From Podarcis gaigeae (Eukaryota), in NCBI GenBank assembly GCA_964106915.2, contig OZ066925.1: a stretch of DNA of 64,000 bases; one strand, 5' to 3'. The position numbers were made by a program, and so were the translations under genes. The notes under the pieces were generated by a model. That model was not told the DNA's origin and did not search any database. It saw only the letters and a list, made by a program, of their open reading frames with translations. The stretch's first letter is position 1. Every line of letters begins with the position of its first letter. Positions 1 through 12,490 of this stretch are shown here, in pieces.

Positions 1-927
1 GCCCTTTCTCTGAAATATGCTTCCACCCTAGACAGAGAAGCTCAGATTCTTTGAAACGGAAATTAATATTTGCAGAATTCCTCTTGGGACACTTTGCTCA
101 GGTTTGCTGATACTTGTTACTACAGTGTTATACTGCAGTTTATCATTACATGTGAACCAACATATAGTAAGTTGGTAGGACTGTGGTTCAGTAGTAGAAG
201 CTAGTCTTGCTTCTTATATTTGTCCCAAATTTAGGGTGGGATGCAGTCCTAACTAAGTCCTAAGTCTTTTGCACTAAGTCAGTCCCAAGAACCCTGTAAG
301 AATCATGTAAATTATACTGCAATGTTAGGAGTCAAAGGCATGAGTCTTTTGTAGTTTGGTTCATGTCCCTCATGTCATGTTAAATTTATTGTTGGCTTTG
401 GACTATTAAGTAGCAGGAGATCTCCCAGCATTCCATTTAACTGCTAAGATGATCAGTCCTGGATTTTTTGTAGGCAACCTCTGGCTAGAAGAAAAGCTGT
501 CTAAGCTAATATAGCATCTATCTGTTTACTGAAACCTCAACAAATCTCCTTGTGTATTGCCACAATTTATAAGTTAATTTTCTTGGCCATTAAAAAAAAC
601 CTTTCATTTTACAAGTTGTTACGTATGTTAGAATAAGAATATGCTTATTCAGTATCCATACATCATTCATTGGAAACCCATACATTTGAAGAAAAGACTT
701 TTGAACTGATGCCTTATTTAGATATTACACTGTGATGGGCATTGCACCACAGTGCAACATAATATATTGATGCAGTCCTCTATCTAGAGTTTATTTTGAG
801 CCAAGATCTGTGTTCCACTTATCTTTGTGTTCTAATGTGTAAGCAGGAGTTAATTATATTGCTTTGTCATATTTTGCTTAAAATTACGTCTTCAAGTATT
901 TGTTTTTTATGTTCATAAACTTTTCAG

Positions 928-974
928 AAAACATGAAAGAAAAGTGAAGCATGATGAGATACGGAAGAAATATG
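928..974 (+). CDS. PTTG1IP2: PTTG1IP-family (PBF-like) gene, penultimate coding exon (47 nt, phase 2 in / phase 1 out)
   Basis: ttttcAG acceptor (926-927) and G|GTATGT donor (975). Encodes KHERKVKHDEIRKKYG, matching the recalled PTTG1IP C-terminal motif RHDEIRKKYG. Paralog assignment rests on recalled synteny (PTTG1IP2 upstream of CDK14 in human). Confidence 0.85.
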
Positions 975-3399
975 GTATGTATAAGTCACATTTAAACACC
1001 CCACCCCCAATATTTAGCCCCAGTAACCTATTCTTAGTTCATGAACTATCTGGAAAATACATCTTCATACCTTCCCTGTCCCAAAAAAGAGTTTGGATGC
1101 TGCTGGAACCTATTTGTTATATGGTTTCCATATTATATGTGGTTTGCAGGGTAATTTATGATAAAAATATGATGTTAAAGCAGTTAAAGCAGTGCTGGTC
1201 CTTCTCCTTATAAGATGGCAAGCCGGTCTTGCAGATGCCAGACCATGGTTCTGCAGTGAATTTGGGATCTTAACTCTCCTGCAATATACCTGCCCTTACC
1301 CTGAACATTTGCCTAAGAGACTACGTTTAATTCTTAGCTTGTCTATGGAGCTCCCAACACCAGATTGTGAATTTAATATTGCAATTTTGTTGAATTTTGA
1401 ATGGTGGAGGCAAGAGAGAGTGAGTGAGGGAAGCAACAGTTGCCTTCTTTAGCCCCTAATGGTTTATAGTGTCTTGGAGGTGAGGGAAAATACAGGCAGT
1501 GGTGGGAAATACTTTTTAATTAATTTGTTAATTTTAACCCTGCCTCCAGTAGAGCCAAGGATGGCATGCACATAATCCATTCTAATAACAGAATAAAACA
1601 TTCAAAACACTCCATTCAAAAATTACAGTAAACAGTACCAATCAACTACAACACATTGGTTCTCTGCTGTTGCCTGCAGTTATGACACAAAGATCAAGTT
1701 TATTTGTATCATATCACAAGAGTGAGGTATATTAAAACATATATTAAAACACTCAATAGTCAAACATTCTTTGGCTATTAACCTGCAGTAACATGTTTTG
1801 TAGTATATTGTTTCACCCTCTCTAAATCAAAAGTTATAGCTGCTTGAGTGCCTAGAGAGATCATGTAGATGGAAAGGTCGTGTGAAGTATAAGTCATCTG
1901 CAGGCTTTACTGCTGTAGAGTTTTCTTTTTAGTACTTTATTTTGCTCTTAAGTCTAGTAGCTTATGGATATTTGAGTTACACGTTGAACTAAAGTGCTTG
2001 GGACACAATCCAGCCCAAATTTTATAGACAGCTGCTTCTATGATGTAGTCTTCTAATTATTGGCAAAAAGAATTTATGCCATGGTGTAAAAGAGGAGACA
2101 GCGCCATATGTACAGTGTACTGGGATAAGTGAGGTGAATCCTGTGCCCAGGATTAGAAATCGGAATTATTTACTGTGCATACAATTAAAAGCAATCTATT
2201 AATCTACAAAAAATCCTGCATATTTCTTATTCTGCACAATTCTGCTACACCCTAGCTAATATCTATTAAAGTGTTACTTAGTCTCCCTGGCTTCTGAAAG
2301 TTCACTGGGCACTGCTCCTAAATCTGAAAATCTTCACTACTGTAAGGACTAGAAACATTGTATACCCATACTCCTTTGTTTACGCAAATTCTGTGATCAC
2401 AGAATACCCATCGCTTGAATTATTAATGTAAGCAGCTCCTTTCTATATCTTTGGACAGTAAGCATTTAATTGGGATGCTTTCATCATTTTTTGAAAATTA
2501 AGCACTACTAATTGCCTAGTTCATATTGCTAGTTGGTATCCCTTCTCCGCAACAGTGCACCTCCTGTTTAATATAAATCTGGTCCATACATCATTGCAAA
2601 CTTCACTCAACAAGGGCCTAATAAAGAATGTTGCAGAAAACTGTAAACGCACTAGATCTTCCCGTCTTCAGTGGTGTGCAGAGGAGTCTTCTCATTTAAA
2701 TAGGCAAGAATGAATGGAGAGTAGCAAATGCTTTGCTAACCCATCACTAAATTAAGATAACATCTGAACTGTCAGCCTTGTTTGGCTTTGAGGGAATGTC
2801 TTTTTACCCCTATTTCACCCATCAGCTTTTCTTGCTCCATTTAAATGGTAATTATAAATTTATAATGCATTGCAGGTGTTGCTCACTCTAGCCACAGTCC
2901 TTTGAGAGCACTGGAAGCAATAGAGCTTTAATAAGTAGGACTACTCGGTTTGAGTAGTTTCTTTGTTACGCGATTTGCCACTTTTTTATAAGAAACCCTG
3001 GTATGAATACAGTTTGATTGCTTAAATTATAGGTTCATGGCTAAATGAGTTTCACTGTGGTAACTTTCAAAGGAAATAGATGCAATTGTCGCATACATGC
3101 TACAATTCTGTTTGTTATGCAAGTAAAACATTACAACATTTTATGCTATGCCTTTATTTAGATTCTGAATACTCTTTCATATAGTAGGGGAATCAACAGA
3201 AGGTAGATCATGGTCCACTGGTTGACCAGTGGCCAGTTTCTGGTGGACTACCCGAGTATGTGTTTCTTTATCGGTCTATTGTGAAAACTGTTCATTTATT
3301 CCTACTCTGCTTTTTGTGCTTTAGCCAGTTACTGATCTGTAAGAGGACCTGCTATAAATTTGCTCAAGCAGCTTGGCCAAAAGCTTTTTGAAGCCCACA

Positions 3400-3495
3400 A
3401 GCTTATTAATGTTTCAAAAAAAAATCTAAAAGGTTACTGGCACAGGATTTACCTTTGCATAATCCATGTTGAGTCTTCTTAAGCATTCCTGGATT
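3400..3495 (-). mobile_element. CR1 LINE reverse transcriptase fragment
   Basis: Minus translation LKKTQHGLCKGKSCASNLLDFF resembles the CR1 motif QHGF.KGKSC.TNL..FF. Confidence 0.7.
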
Positions 3496-4530
3496 TGCAG
3501 TGTGTTCCTGACACCTTCTACTTCTACTAGCCACATGCTTCTCAGTCATCTGTTGCTTAGCCATATTGCCAAGGACCCAAGAAGTTCCCAAACTACATGT
3601 AGTCATGGTCAGAATGAGCCAATATAACTGGCTGGAAGTGAAACCATTTTACCAATTGTTGCTGGCTTAATGTCTGAAGGCAAAGAAAACTGAAGAAGGT
3701 CCTTTAGATACTTAGCTTCGGGCCATATTGATCTGTAGATTAGGGATGGGGAACTTATGGCCCTCCAGGTATTGTTGAATCCTAACTGCCATCTGCCCTA
3801 TCCAGCATGTCCAGTTGTCAGGGAATTAATTCCTTTTTCCCTGTTAGTGGATATAGTCTCAAACAATAACTACTTTCCAGTAGGTGAAGACCTTTCCTGA
3901 CTCTGGAATAATTTAAGGGCAGAGCCACCTTCATACATGCTACCTTCCCTTTAGATCTGCTGTAGTTCACAACCATTATTAAAAGAGAGAACCTGCCACA
4001 TCAGGTGGGGCTAACCTGCGACTGGTGGGAGTTGTAGTGCAACACCATCTGAAGGGCCACAGGTTGGCCACCCAGGTGCTCCATGTGATAAGGCATGCTT
4101 ATAAAGTGGATAGACACAGTTGGCACACATAGGTTGCATGATCTGCTTGCTGTTTGGTCATTTGGGTTGTTGCCATCAGGAAGTTATTTTAAAGCTTTGT
4201 GTTTGAAGCCTGAACCATGTCTATGTTTGAATGTCGACAATTCTGTATGATATCTTTTACTGTGCCTATCAGTAGATTAGATTATAATTGCTTGTTATGT
4301 GATTTTGCTACTGTTGCCTACCTGTTTGTATGTGTCACTGTATGCATCTGATTGCTGGTCAACAAATAGTCATTGAAGGGCTGGGACTCCTTTTCTCTGC
4401 GAATAATGTTCTTTAAGTGTTGGCATATCAGCCTGTCTATACATTTTCACATTGTCTTGTGCATCTGATCACTAAGCACATATCTGTTGTCTGCTTTCTA
4501 ATGTCACTTGCCTCTCCACCCCTAATTCTA

Positions 4531-4931
4531 TTTTTAAAATATATTTTATTTATAATTTTTGGGTTTATAAATTTCAATAATTTTACAGTCATTTTAACAT
4601 TTCACAACTTGACTTCCTTCCCCTTCTTTCTGCAGTTCCTTAAATTTATTTTTAAATATTTTCTGCATATTAACTTGATTTGTTTATTTATTCATCTACT
4701 TAAAATATATACTCTTATGAAACTGCAGGTTATTACAATAATTCTGCCATTGTTCTTATCTGTTTACAATTTGTAAATACTCAATATATCATTTCTATTA
4801 TTTTATTTAAAAGTTTGTTATCTTGATTTCTTACTTTTCTGGTAAGTTTCGCCATTTCTGCTTATTCCATAAGTTTTTGTATCCATTCTTCTTTTGCTGG
4901 GACTTCTTTCCATTTTTGAGCAAGTAACATT
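4531..4931 (-). mobile_element. L1-like LINE 3' fragment with ~24-bp TSD
   Basis: Minus translation ARMLLAQKWKEVPAKEEWIQKLME*AEMAKLT (ORF2 C-terminus). Flanked by cttgcctc(t/c)ccacccctaatt(c/t)ta at 4507-4530 and 4932-4955. Confidence 0.75.
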
Positions 4932-6065
4932 CTTGCCTCCCCACCCCTAATTTTAGATTCTGTTACTTGTCTTTGTACCAGAATGTCATACTTCATAACT
5001 CCAGTGTTAAGTACTCCCATAATGACACTTCCTGTGCTGTGCTTGTGCTATGAGTGTCTTTTGTTTATACATATCAGTGTACTCTTAAAATAGATAATGT
5101 CATTGTGTGTGGACACTGCATGCCAGTTTTAATTGCTTCCTTAATTGGTGAGTAATCAGGTTAGACTAGACATGATGAAACTCCTTTGTGTCTGTGGGCA
5201 CTAAGCCTTGATTAAAGTTCTTGATGGATGGTGAAGTATGGCCTTCCAAGTTTTAATTAACTATTTAGAATTTGCCTTCACTTTTTCTTTTAGCTCAGTA
5301 GCAAGTGTTTCTGGTTTCTTAGTCTGTGTGTTGAGCTGCTCTTCATAAGGTGTTGGAGTGTTGTCTACTTTTTCTAGGTGCTGCTCATCACATATTTTTC
5401 CAGTAGCACTATTATAAATTGAGATCATATAATCCTTACAATTGTACTTGTACTCCTTACCTTTTTTGTACTTGATGTTCATCCTGGCACCCAAGCGACA
5501 ACCTAGTTTGTTGTGATGACATGATATTATTCTATTTGCAATTTGGAAGCAGAGTTCACTTCATCAGCTCTGCTGTGAGAGGCCATCTCCATCAGGCCTT
5601 CTCTCCCCTCAGCTGCCATCTGCAGGCAGGCATTTGATCAGGCTGCCTCAATGGGAGGGATAAGAAGCAGGGCTCATTTCATCAGCTTTGCTGGAAGCGC
5701 AGCTTCATCAGCCACCTCCTGCTTCTAAATTATGCCAGCTGGTGACTATAGGAATAACGGTTTAGAAATTAGTTTCTGAGTTTTGATTTTCCTCTTCCAT
5801 CTCTGTCCCTTTCCCCTTGTGGTTTGTGGGTAGGCTTGTTTTGCTTGTATGTAAGTGACTCTGGGATCCTTTTTGGCTGAAAAGCTGGGTACAGGTGCTC
5901 TAAATAAATAAATTTTGACATGACAGAACAGGTTCAATGTACTGGTGCCGTAATTGGGCTGTACCATCCTTGGCAACATAGCTAGCTGGTTTGCTATGTT
6001 TTAGCTACCTGGTTGAACAATATTTTCTTAAATATGTTGTTTTAATTGTCCTGCTTTCCCTCCAG

Positions 6066-6115
6066 GTCTCCTTCAGGATTCTGACCATCCATATAGCAGA
6101 TATGAGAATGAATGA
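6066..6115 (+). CDS. PTTG1IP2: PTTG1IP-family gene, terminal coding exon (G)LLQDSDHPYSRYENE*
   Basis: Pyrimidine tract + ccAG acceptor (6064-6065); phase 1 joins 974 in frame. Resembles the PTTG1IP end GLFKEENPYARFENN*. TGA at 6113-6115. Confidence 0.85.
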
Positions 6116-6445
6116 AAATGGATGCTACTGTGTCTTCTTAAAGATGGCAAAAATGTGAAGTTAATTTTCTGGTTCCAGTTTAAATCACCAAATATGTGCA
6201 TAAATGCTTAATAGAAAATGGTCTTTCCCCCCTTTGTAAACAGCATTCTGTTTGTGTATGTAATTTTTTTCTAATATAGAACGCATCAGTGGGTCCTTTT
6301 CTCTCTTCCCCCATCCCCTGTTCCTTTTCTAGACCTCTTATTTAATGGAATGTGAGTTGAGTACAGAAATAACAATCATGTCATTTCCCCTAACACTCTA
6401 ACCTTTATAAAACAAAGATATCATCGTCTTTTCCACATAATGCTA

Positions 6446-6451
6446 AATAAA
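6446..6451 (+). terminator. Candidate proximal polyadenylation signal of the PTTG1IP-like gene
   Basis: AATAAA ~330 nt after the stop codon, followed by GT-rich sequence (tgtgtcaagtaagtgttgg). Confidence 0.5.
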
Positions 6452-6743
6452 GACCTCCTTTAAATCTGTGTCAAGTAAGTGTTGGCAAGTATTTGACACT
6501 ACAGACATGTGTGGTATCAAGTGATGACAAATAATTAAAGCCTATGCCACTTCCAAGACTGTTAATAGAATATGAGGGGTGTATGTGAGAGTATGCTGGT
6601 GTGAAATGGCCACCTTGGGCACAGCAACCAGACTTGGATAGCTCTTGGTGTTTCTAAGTCAATCAGTACTTTCTTGCTCTGCCCCAGCTCCTTGAATGTG
6701 GGTACCTAATGGAAGCAAACATATCCCTGCCTCTGGCTTTTCA

Positions 6744-6749
<6 letters not shown>

Positions 6750-6823
<74 letters not shown>

Positions 6824-6827
6824 ACAC
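6750..6827. repeat. Compound (CT)n(CA)n microsatellite
   Basis: Directly visible. Confidence 0.98.
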
Positions 6828-7055
6828 CAGTTGGACTTGCAGTGGCACACATCCTCTCCCAATATCTTGCTCCATTTGGGCCTTCACTGCAGTTTGAGCA
6901 GACAACTCCATTGCCACTTAGGGAGATAAGTGCCCTGCTTAGGTGTTGGGAGAGGGTTCTGATTTGTGATCATTATAGACCAACATTTGAATGACAATGG
7001 ATATTCAACAATACCTGATAGCCTTGTTCCATTTTTCTACAACATGTAGAAAGCA

Positions 7056-7061
7056 AATAAA
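7056..7061 (+). terminator. Candidate distal polyadenylation signal
   Basis: AATAAA followed ~25 nt later by a GT/T-rich element (tgtatgtagtgttttttt). Confidence 0.4.
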
Positions 7062-7894
7062 TTTTTCTAATGTATAAAGAACGTCTGTATGTAGTGTTTT
7101 TTTCTATATATCTTCACTTCTAATAATGAACTTAAGTGGTGAATGCTGACAGGTTTGTGGCCACTGAAAACAGGGGAGGTATTAACATGCTTGGGAGAAC
7201 CAAAGAAATTGCAGAAGTAGAACACGTTGCCAAAAGGTGGCATCTACCACAAAGCAGCCCAACGAGACCTGTGCATTCTCAGTAGCCAAAGAATATTGGC
7301 CACATTTGCAAACCAGAGAAACTACCATGAGCATCACACATACAAGTATGCATTGGCTACAACAGAATATTATTTTGAAGCATAGATTCATTGGGAAAAT
7401 GGGCTCCTGAGGGTGCATGGGAAGGCCTCTAGATGCATGTGCATTCACAGGAGCCACATTGACAGCCCCTGGGATAGGCTGTAGATCAAATATAGAAACA
7501 GAAACTAGGAAAGTGAGGAGGTGAAGAGTCAAATGCCCTGCTTGGAGAGCACAGCTATCTGGAACTCTGAATAGGCACTATCCTTGGAGTGATTATATAT
7601 TGCTCATTTTGTTGTAGATCCCACAAACTTTGTATTGTCCTGGTATTACACAATTAAAAATGTCTGTTGAAAGTCACATAGGTGAACTTTTGTGAAAATC
7701 AGGTGCCATTTTCTGAATCCTTGATACCCGTCCTGCATTCAGTCAGAATTCTATCCAAAGTGTTTTGGTTTTTGTTTCCTTTTAAGCAGCTACTCTCTCT
7801 AGGACTATCAAATTGTGCATGGATACTGTGGGATTTTTTTGTTCAGAATTTACTTTTGTAGATATCTGAAGCTAGATTTTTATGATTTCCCAGG

Positions 7895-8010
7895 GTGTGT
7901 GTTTGTTGCAGCAAAAATAATGAGTCTTCGGTATCTTAAAAACCTGCTATGGTCCATGAAAGCTTATACCATAATAAATTCATTTTTAAGGTGCCACAAG
8001 AGTTTGCTGT
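7895..8010. mobile_element. Penelope-like element pLTR remnant in inverted arrangement
   Basis: gtccatgaaagcttataccataataaatt...taaggtgccacaaga matches the recalled reptile Penelope end. An inverted partial copy (gagtcttcggtatcttaaaaa, 7922-7942) precedes it. Confidence 0.6.
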
Positions 8011-10484
8011 AGATTTGAACACTACTTGGAGCAATTTATTAGATTGTGACATGCAAATAATTTTGATATAATAAACTATATAGCATATACATTAATAATA
8101 TACTTCCATGTCATTGTGCAGCAGCCTGTTTAAGCAAAGCAAGACCTCATTGCTCTGGTTTGTCAGTGGCTTTTGAATTCAGATATGCTTGACAACCCAC
8201 AACATAGGCTGGTTTGCAAGCTACCCTCGAACCATTGATTTGGGCCCTTGTGACTCATGCTATGTGAGATCACATAGGTTTGGAATTGAAAACAAATGGA
8301 TTTGGCTTGTCATCTGAATGGAGACATAAAGGCTGAGTAATGAGTTCTCATTGGAAATCCCTTGTAAAAGTAGGTTGAATGCAATGGAAAGTTTTCTTGC
8401 CCTTTTCCAATGGTGTCTGACATGACGGCTGATCCTCTTAACCATCACAACCATCCTGCAAAGTAAGAGGTTACAAGAGTGCAATGATCCAGGGACCAAG
8501 CAGGGACTTCAGATTAGGTCTCCTACTTAAAGCTGATGTTGTCCATTATCTCACACTTACTCTATTTTCCCTTGAGACATTCTTTTTCATAATAGAGTGT
8601 CTTTTATATTTGCTCCTTTGTAGTTCACACATTTTCCAATTCAGTGTTTATGAAATATGAAGGCTACAATCCTCAGTATACTTACCTGAAAACTGTGTGA
8701 CTGGCTTCTTGGTAAACCAATGTGATGATGCTCCCTTAGAAATAGAAATACAAAATCATGTTGCTCATTCTTCCACCTCGGCATTGTAAAAATATTTACT
8801 TCTAGGAAAGATCTTCATGTGAGCAATAAATTTTGTTTGTCCAACAGTAACTTCAGAAAAGCCAGCATAGAAGCATTTCAAGTCCTACTATTAATATTCT
8901 GAAAAACAGTTAATATGGTGGAACAAGGGCGCAAGACAATTTTGAATCAGTGTTAATAGTGCCTGCAAGTAGATTGTCCATGAATGGTTCTCTCTGAAAA
9001 ATAAGCCATATAATGAGGAGCTCATGTGTGTGAGCTGTGGTTGCATAAGCTGTTGTTGCCTGGGGAAAGAGGGGGACTTGGAAAACCCAAAGACAAAAAT
9101 AGCATGTGTAATTTTGGATATAGACACAGATTTGCCTCTTAATTTTGTCATCTACTGAGTTCTAGCAGCTAGATTTATTCTACATAGATGAATGAAGTGG
9201 GAAATATCAAAACATTGGTCATTTTTTAAAATGTTCCAAAAAAAAACCCTGTCAAATTTGCAAGTAACTCATTGAACATAAACCATGTAGGGTAGTTTTA
9301 CAGCCCAGTCATGATCCTAGAGAGATGTCTGCTGCTTGCATTAATGCAAACTGGGCTAAGATCTGATCCTTGCTTAGCATCAACTTTGCATCATGCCTAA
9401 CAGCTTAAAGAGACAGGTAGAGAGGATACCAACCACTTTAATAGATACCACTGTATCAGTTAAGTTGCCCACTAATCAATTCTAGCTCTCCTAGCAATTG
9501 CACAAAGAAAGCAATCTAGAGTTGCCTTTACTGCAGACTAACACAAGCAAATCCAACTGCATTATTTCCCTTCTGTTGATGCATGCCAGACTGTAGGAGG
9601 AATTGCAAGCTAAGAGTTTTGGTGGAGGTAGTAAGCCCAACCAGTCACTGTACAATAATGTTCTAGCCCTTAGCCCAGAAGTGGAAAACCTGTGGCCTTC
9701 AGATACTGGATTCCAACTCCCATCAATCCCAGCCACCATAACAAATGGTCAGGGATAATGAAAGTTATAATCCAGTAATATCTGGAGGGCTGAAGGTTTC
9801 CACGAGGGCAAATACCATTATTTACACTGAACAACTAAATTTATCAGAAACTTATATTATATATGTGTTTTTGTTGTTGTTAGGTAGTAGTTGAAGTCAC
9901 CAAGTTGGAATGTATTAAAAGGTCTACCTACCATCTACTGCTTGCTGTGACTGCAGACTATTCAGTGGCCTGCAGGCCTGCATACCCTTAACTACAGAGC
10001 ACAGATCACACCATATATATTAAGTGAAGCTTCATGTTGCAAGGCAAAGGTTGCTTGCTAGCCTTTCTTTCTAACTTGGAGGAAATAACACTGCTACCCC
10101 GTATAATGTACTAAAGTGTTAAGAGGCACAATTCTTGACATTTGATAACATCTATTTGTGGCAATCTCAGCAGCTCAAAGGAAGGGGAGAAACATTTTCA
10201 AGCTCCTACCAGAGTTTGGGTGGGGAATACTATGTCCTCCTTGGTCCAGCGATCCCCAGCTGTGGGGCTAGAACAGAAAGTACAATATGTTGTTGAGGAG
10301 AAGCCCTTGTGGAGTTTGCCCCTCATCACTGTGGGGGTGGCAGCAGGATGTTTTGCCTCAAGTGCTGAAACACATTGGACAGCCCCTGATTTCAAGTTCC
10401 TCATTAAAGCTATTCTAATTTTTCTAGACTTCTTATTTGGAGCTTGTCGTCTGTCACATTTAGGTCCGAACAAATTTATTTGTA

Positions 10485-10710
10485 CAGTGATACCTTGGGT
10501 TAAGAACTTAATTCGTTCTGGAGGTCTGTTCTTAACCTGAAACTGTTCTTAACCTGAGGTACCACTTTAGCTAATGGGGCCTCTCACTGCCACCGCGCCA
10601 CTGGCACGCGATTTCATTTCTCATCCTGGGGTAAAATGCTTAACCTGAGGTACTATTTCTGGGTTAGTGGAGTCTGTAACCAGAAGCGTCTGTAACCTGA
10701 GGTATCACTG
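10485..10710. mobile_element. Tc1/mariner (Tigger-like) MITE
   Basis: TA TSDs; perfect TIRs CAGTGATACCT/AGGTATCACTG; same family as 55160-55401. Confidence 0.9.
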
Positions 10711-12324
10711 TATGCCTTTTGTAGAATAAATCCTTTTTAAAATCCCATGTTTTGCCTGCCCAGAAATGGAGTTATCAGTCTTTATTACTTTTTCATTCTC
10801 ACCTTGACTGTGGGGGGATGCCTATAAATAGACAAGCAACTGGTCTTCCACGATCACTGCTTACAACCGTGATCACAGTGACTAACAGTGCCTCATCTCC
10901 ATCTGTTGCAGGGCAGGCCCAAGACATTTTGGCACCCGAGGCAAACCAAAAAATGATGCCCCCACCACCAGGGAAGAAAGGGTGAAGATCTCCATCAGAA
11001 ATAAGGGGGGGGGGATAAAGATCTGCATAAGGCTCTCTAGAGGGTCAGTAAAGCTCTCCATCAGGAACAAGTGGGGGAATCAAATCAGCCTCACCCAATG
11101 GTTGAAATGGGAATCAAAGGTAATCATGGAGGGGAAAGGGGCCCACTCATGTTGGCAGGTGCAGAGCCCAATAAACCCTAAAGGGCAGCTTCTGTTGTTT
11201 CCTCCCTCGGGTGTGGGAAGAGACAAGCAGCACCTATTTACAGAGAGGTGGTTGCCTTCCTTGCCTCGTGTGGGTGAACCGTGATCTGTTGTATACACCT
11301 GATGCCTTTTTGTCCCATTTTTTAGAACAGATCTAGACATCAGACACGCTTATGGGCATGAAAGTGCAAGTGAGTTCCACTTTCTTCCTCCACACTTGGT
11401 TTAAAATATCTGGAGCTAGGCCAAGTCATCTCTCTTTGTAGGGAGATGGGCTTGCACTCCACTGTGGAGTTATCAAACCAATATTCCCACAAAGGAAGGG
11501 GTGTTGTCTCAATGCTGGACATTCAAAACAAAGGTAGGAATTGCAGTTTCCTCTTATCCCTTGTTTCATACACTTTTGCCCTACATGGAACATTAATTTT
11601 CTAAGCATCGAGTGACCAACAGATTGGTGTTGTATTCATCATATGAGTTGTTTTTTGTTTGTTTTGTTTTAAATGATAATCTTCCCCTAAGATCAGGGCC
11701 GGCCCAATATATTATGTTCCGGATGCTGATACCCCTGCTCAGTTCTACATAACAAGCTGATTAGACTGCCAGTTGAACTTTGCTTCAGTGCTAGGGATGT
11801 GATTACATCCTCCGTGAACACCTGGGAGAGCATACCTGATTAGAGGGCCCAGGAGGGGCCATATGGCGACAGTGAAGCCTGGCTGGGGGCTCAGGAGGAA
11901 CAGCCAGGAGTTGCTACAGCTGCCCAAGGTGGTTGCTGCACTGTCTAATGGTAGGGCTGGCCTAGCCTAAGAACAATAACAGTGAACCTCATTGAAAAAC
12001 GTATCCAAGTGCTCTCGCTCTTTTCCTAGAACAAATCAAACTCTCTGCCGGTGACACAGATGGTCTGTGAGTTGTTGGGGAGGCAAACGTTGGCAGGCTG
12101 ATAAGCTCAGAAAAATGTGCTGCAATCTGGAACAAATTGTCAATTAAAAAAACATCTAAGTTAAGGTCAGAGAAACTGCTTTTAAAAATGTTGTGATGGC
12201 AGCGTCTTACACCTATCACAATCCACCATATATTTTATCAATGAACTGTGAAAGGTGTTGTAACAATATAACTCACATTATGCAGTTGCTTCTGTGGTCT
12301 CCTAGGAGGATCCAAAGCTCATTG

Positions 12325-12490
12325 AGGAGCCAGAGCTCAGACCACATGTTTGGTATGCAGAAGGTCCCAGGTTCAATTTCCAGCATCCTCCAGGTAGGGT
12401 TCGAAAGAGGCCTGTCTGAAACTTTCAGACATTGGTAATGCTGAGCAAGATAGATTTGAGTTGGTATCAGGCATCTTCCGGTATGGTTCC
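12325..12490 (+). mobile_element. Degenerate tRNA-derived SINE (Squam3-like)
   Basis: atgcagaaggtcccaggttcaatttccagcatcctccaggtaggg head with B-box-like GGTTCAAT, then cctgtctgaaac body. Confidence 0.65.

Noticed and set aside
944-1213. 89-aa ORF starting KHDEIRKKYG
   Set aside because: Only 928-974 is exon; the frame runs on past the GT donor into intron.
7815-8012. ORF starting 'MHGYCG', resembling the recalled alternative CDK14 N-terminus MHGYFG
   Set aside because: It starts at GTG, lies upstream of the promoter, similarity stops after a few residues, and it overlaps a Penelope remnant.
10980-11080. Short imperfect repeat ctccatcag.aa.aag.ggggg
   Set aside because: Two degenerate copies, probably inside an old DNA-element remnant; no further structure.
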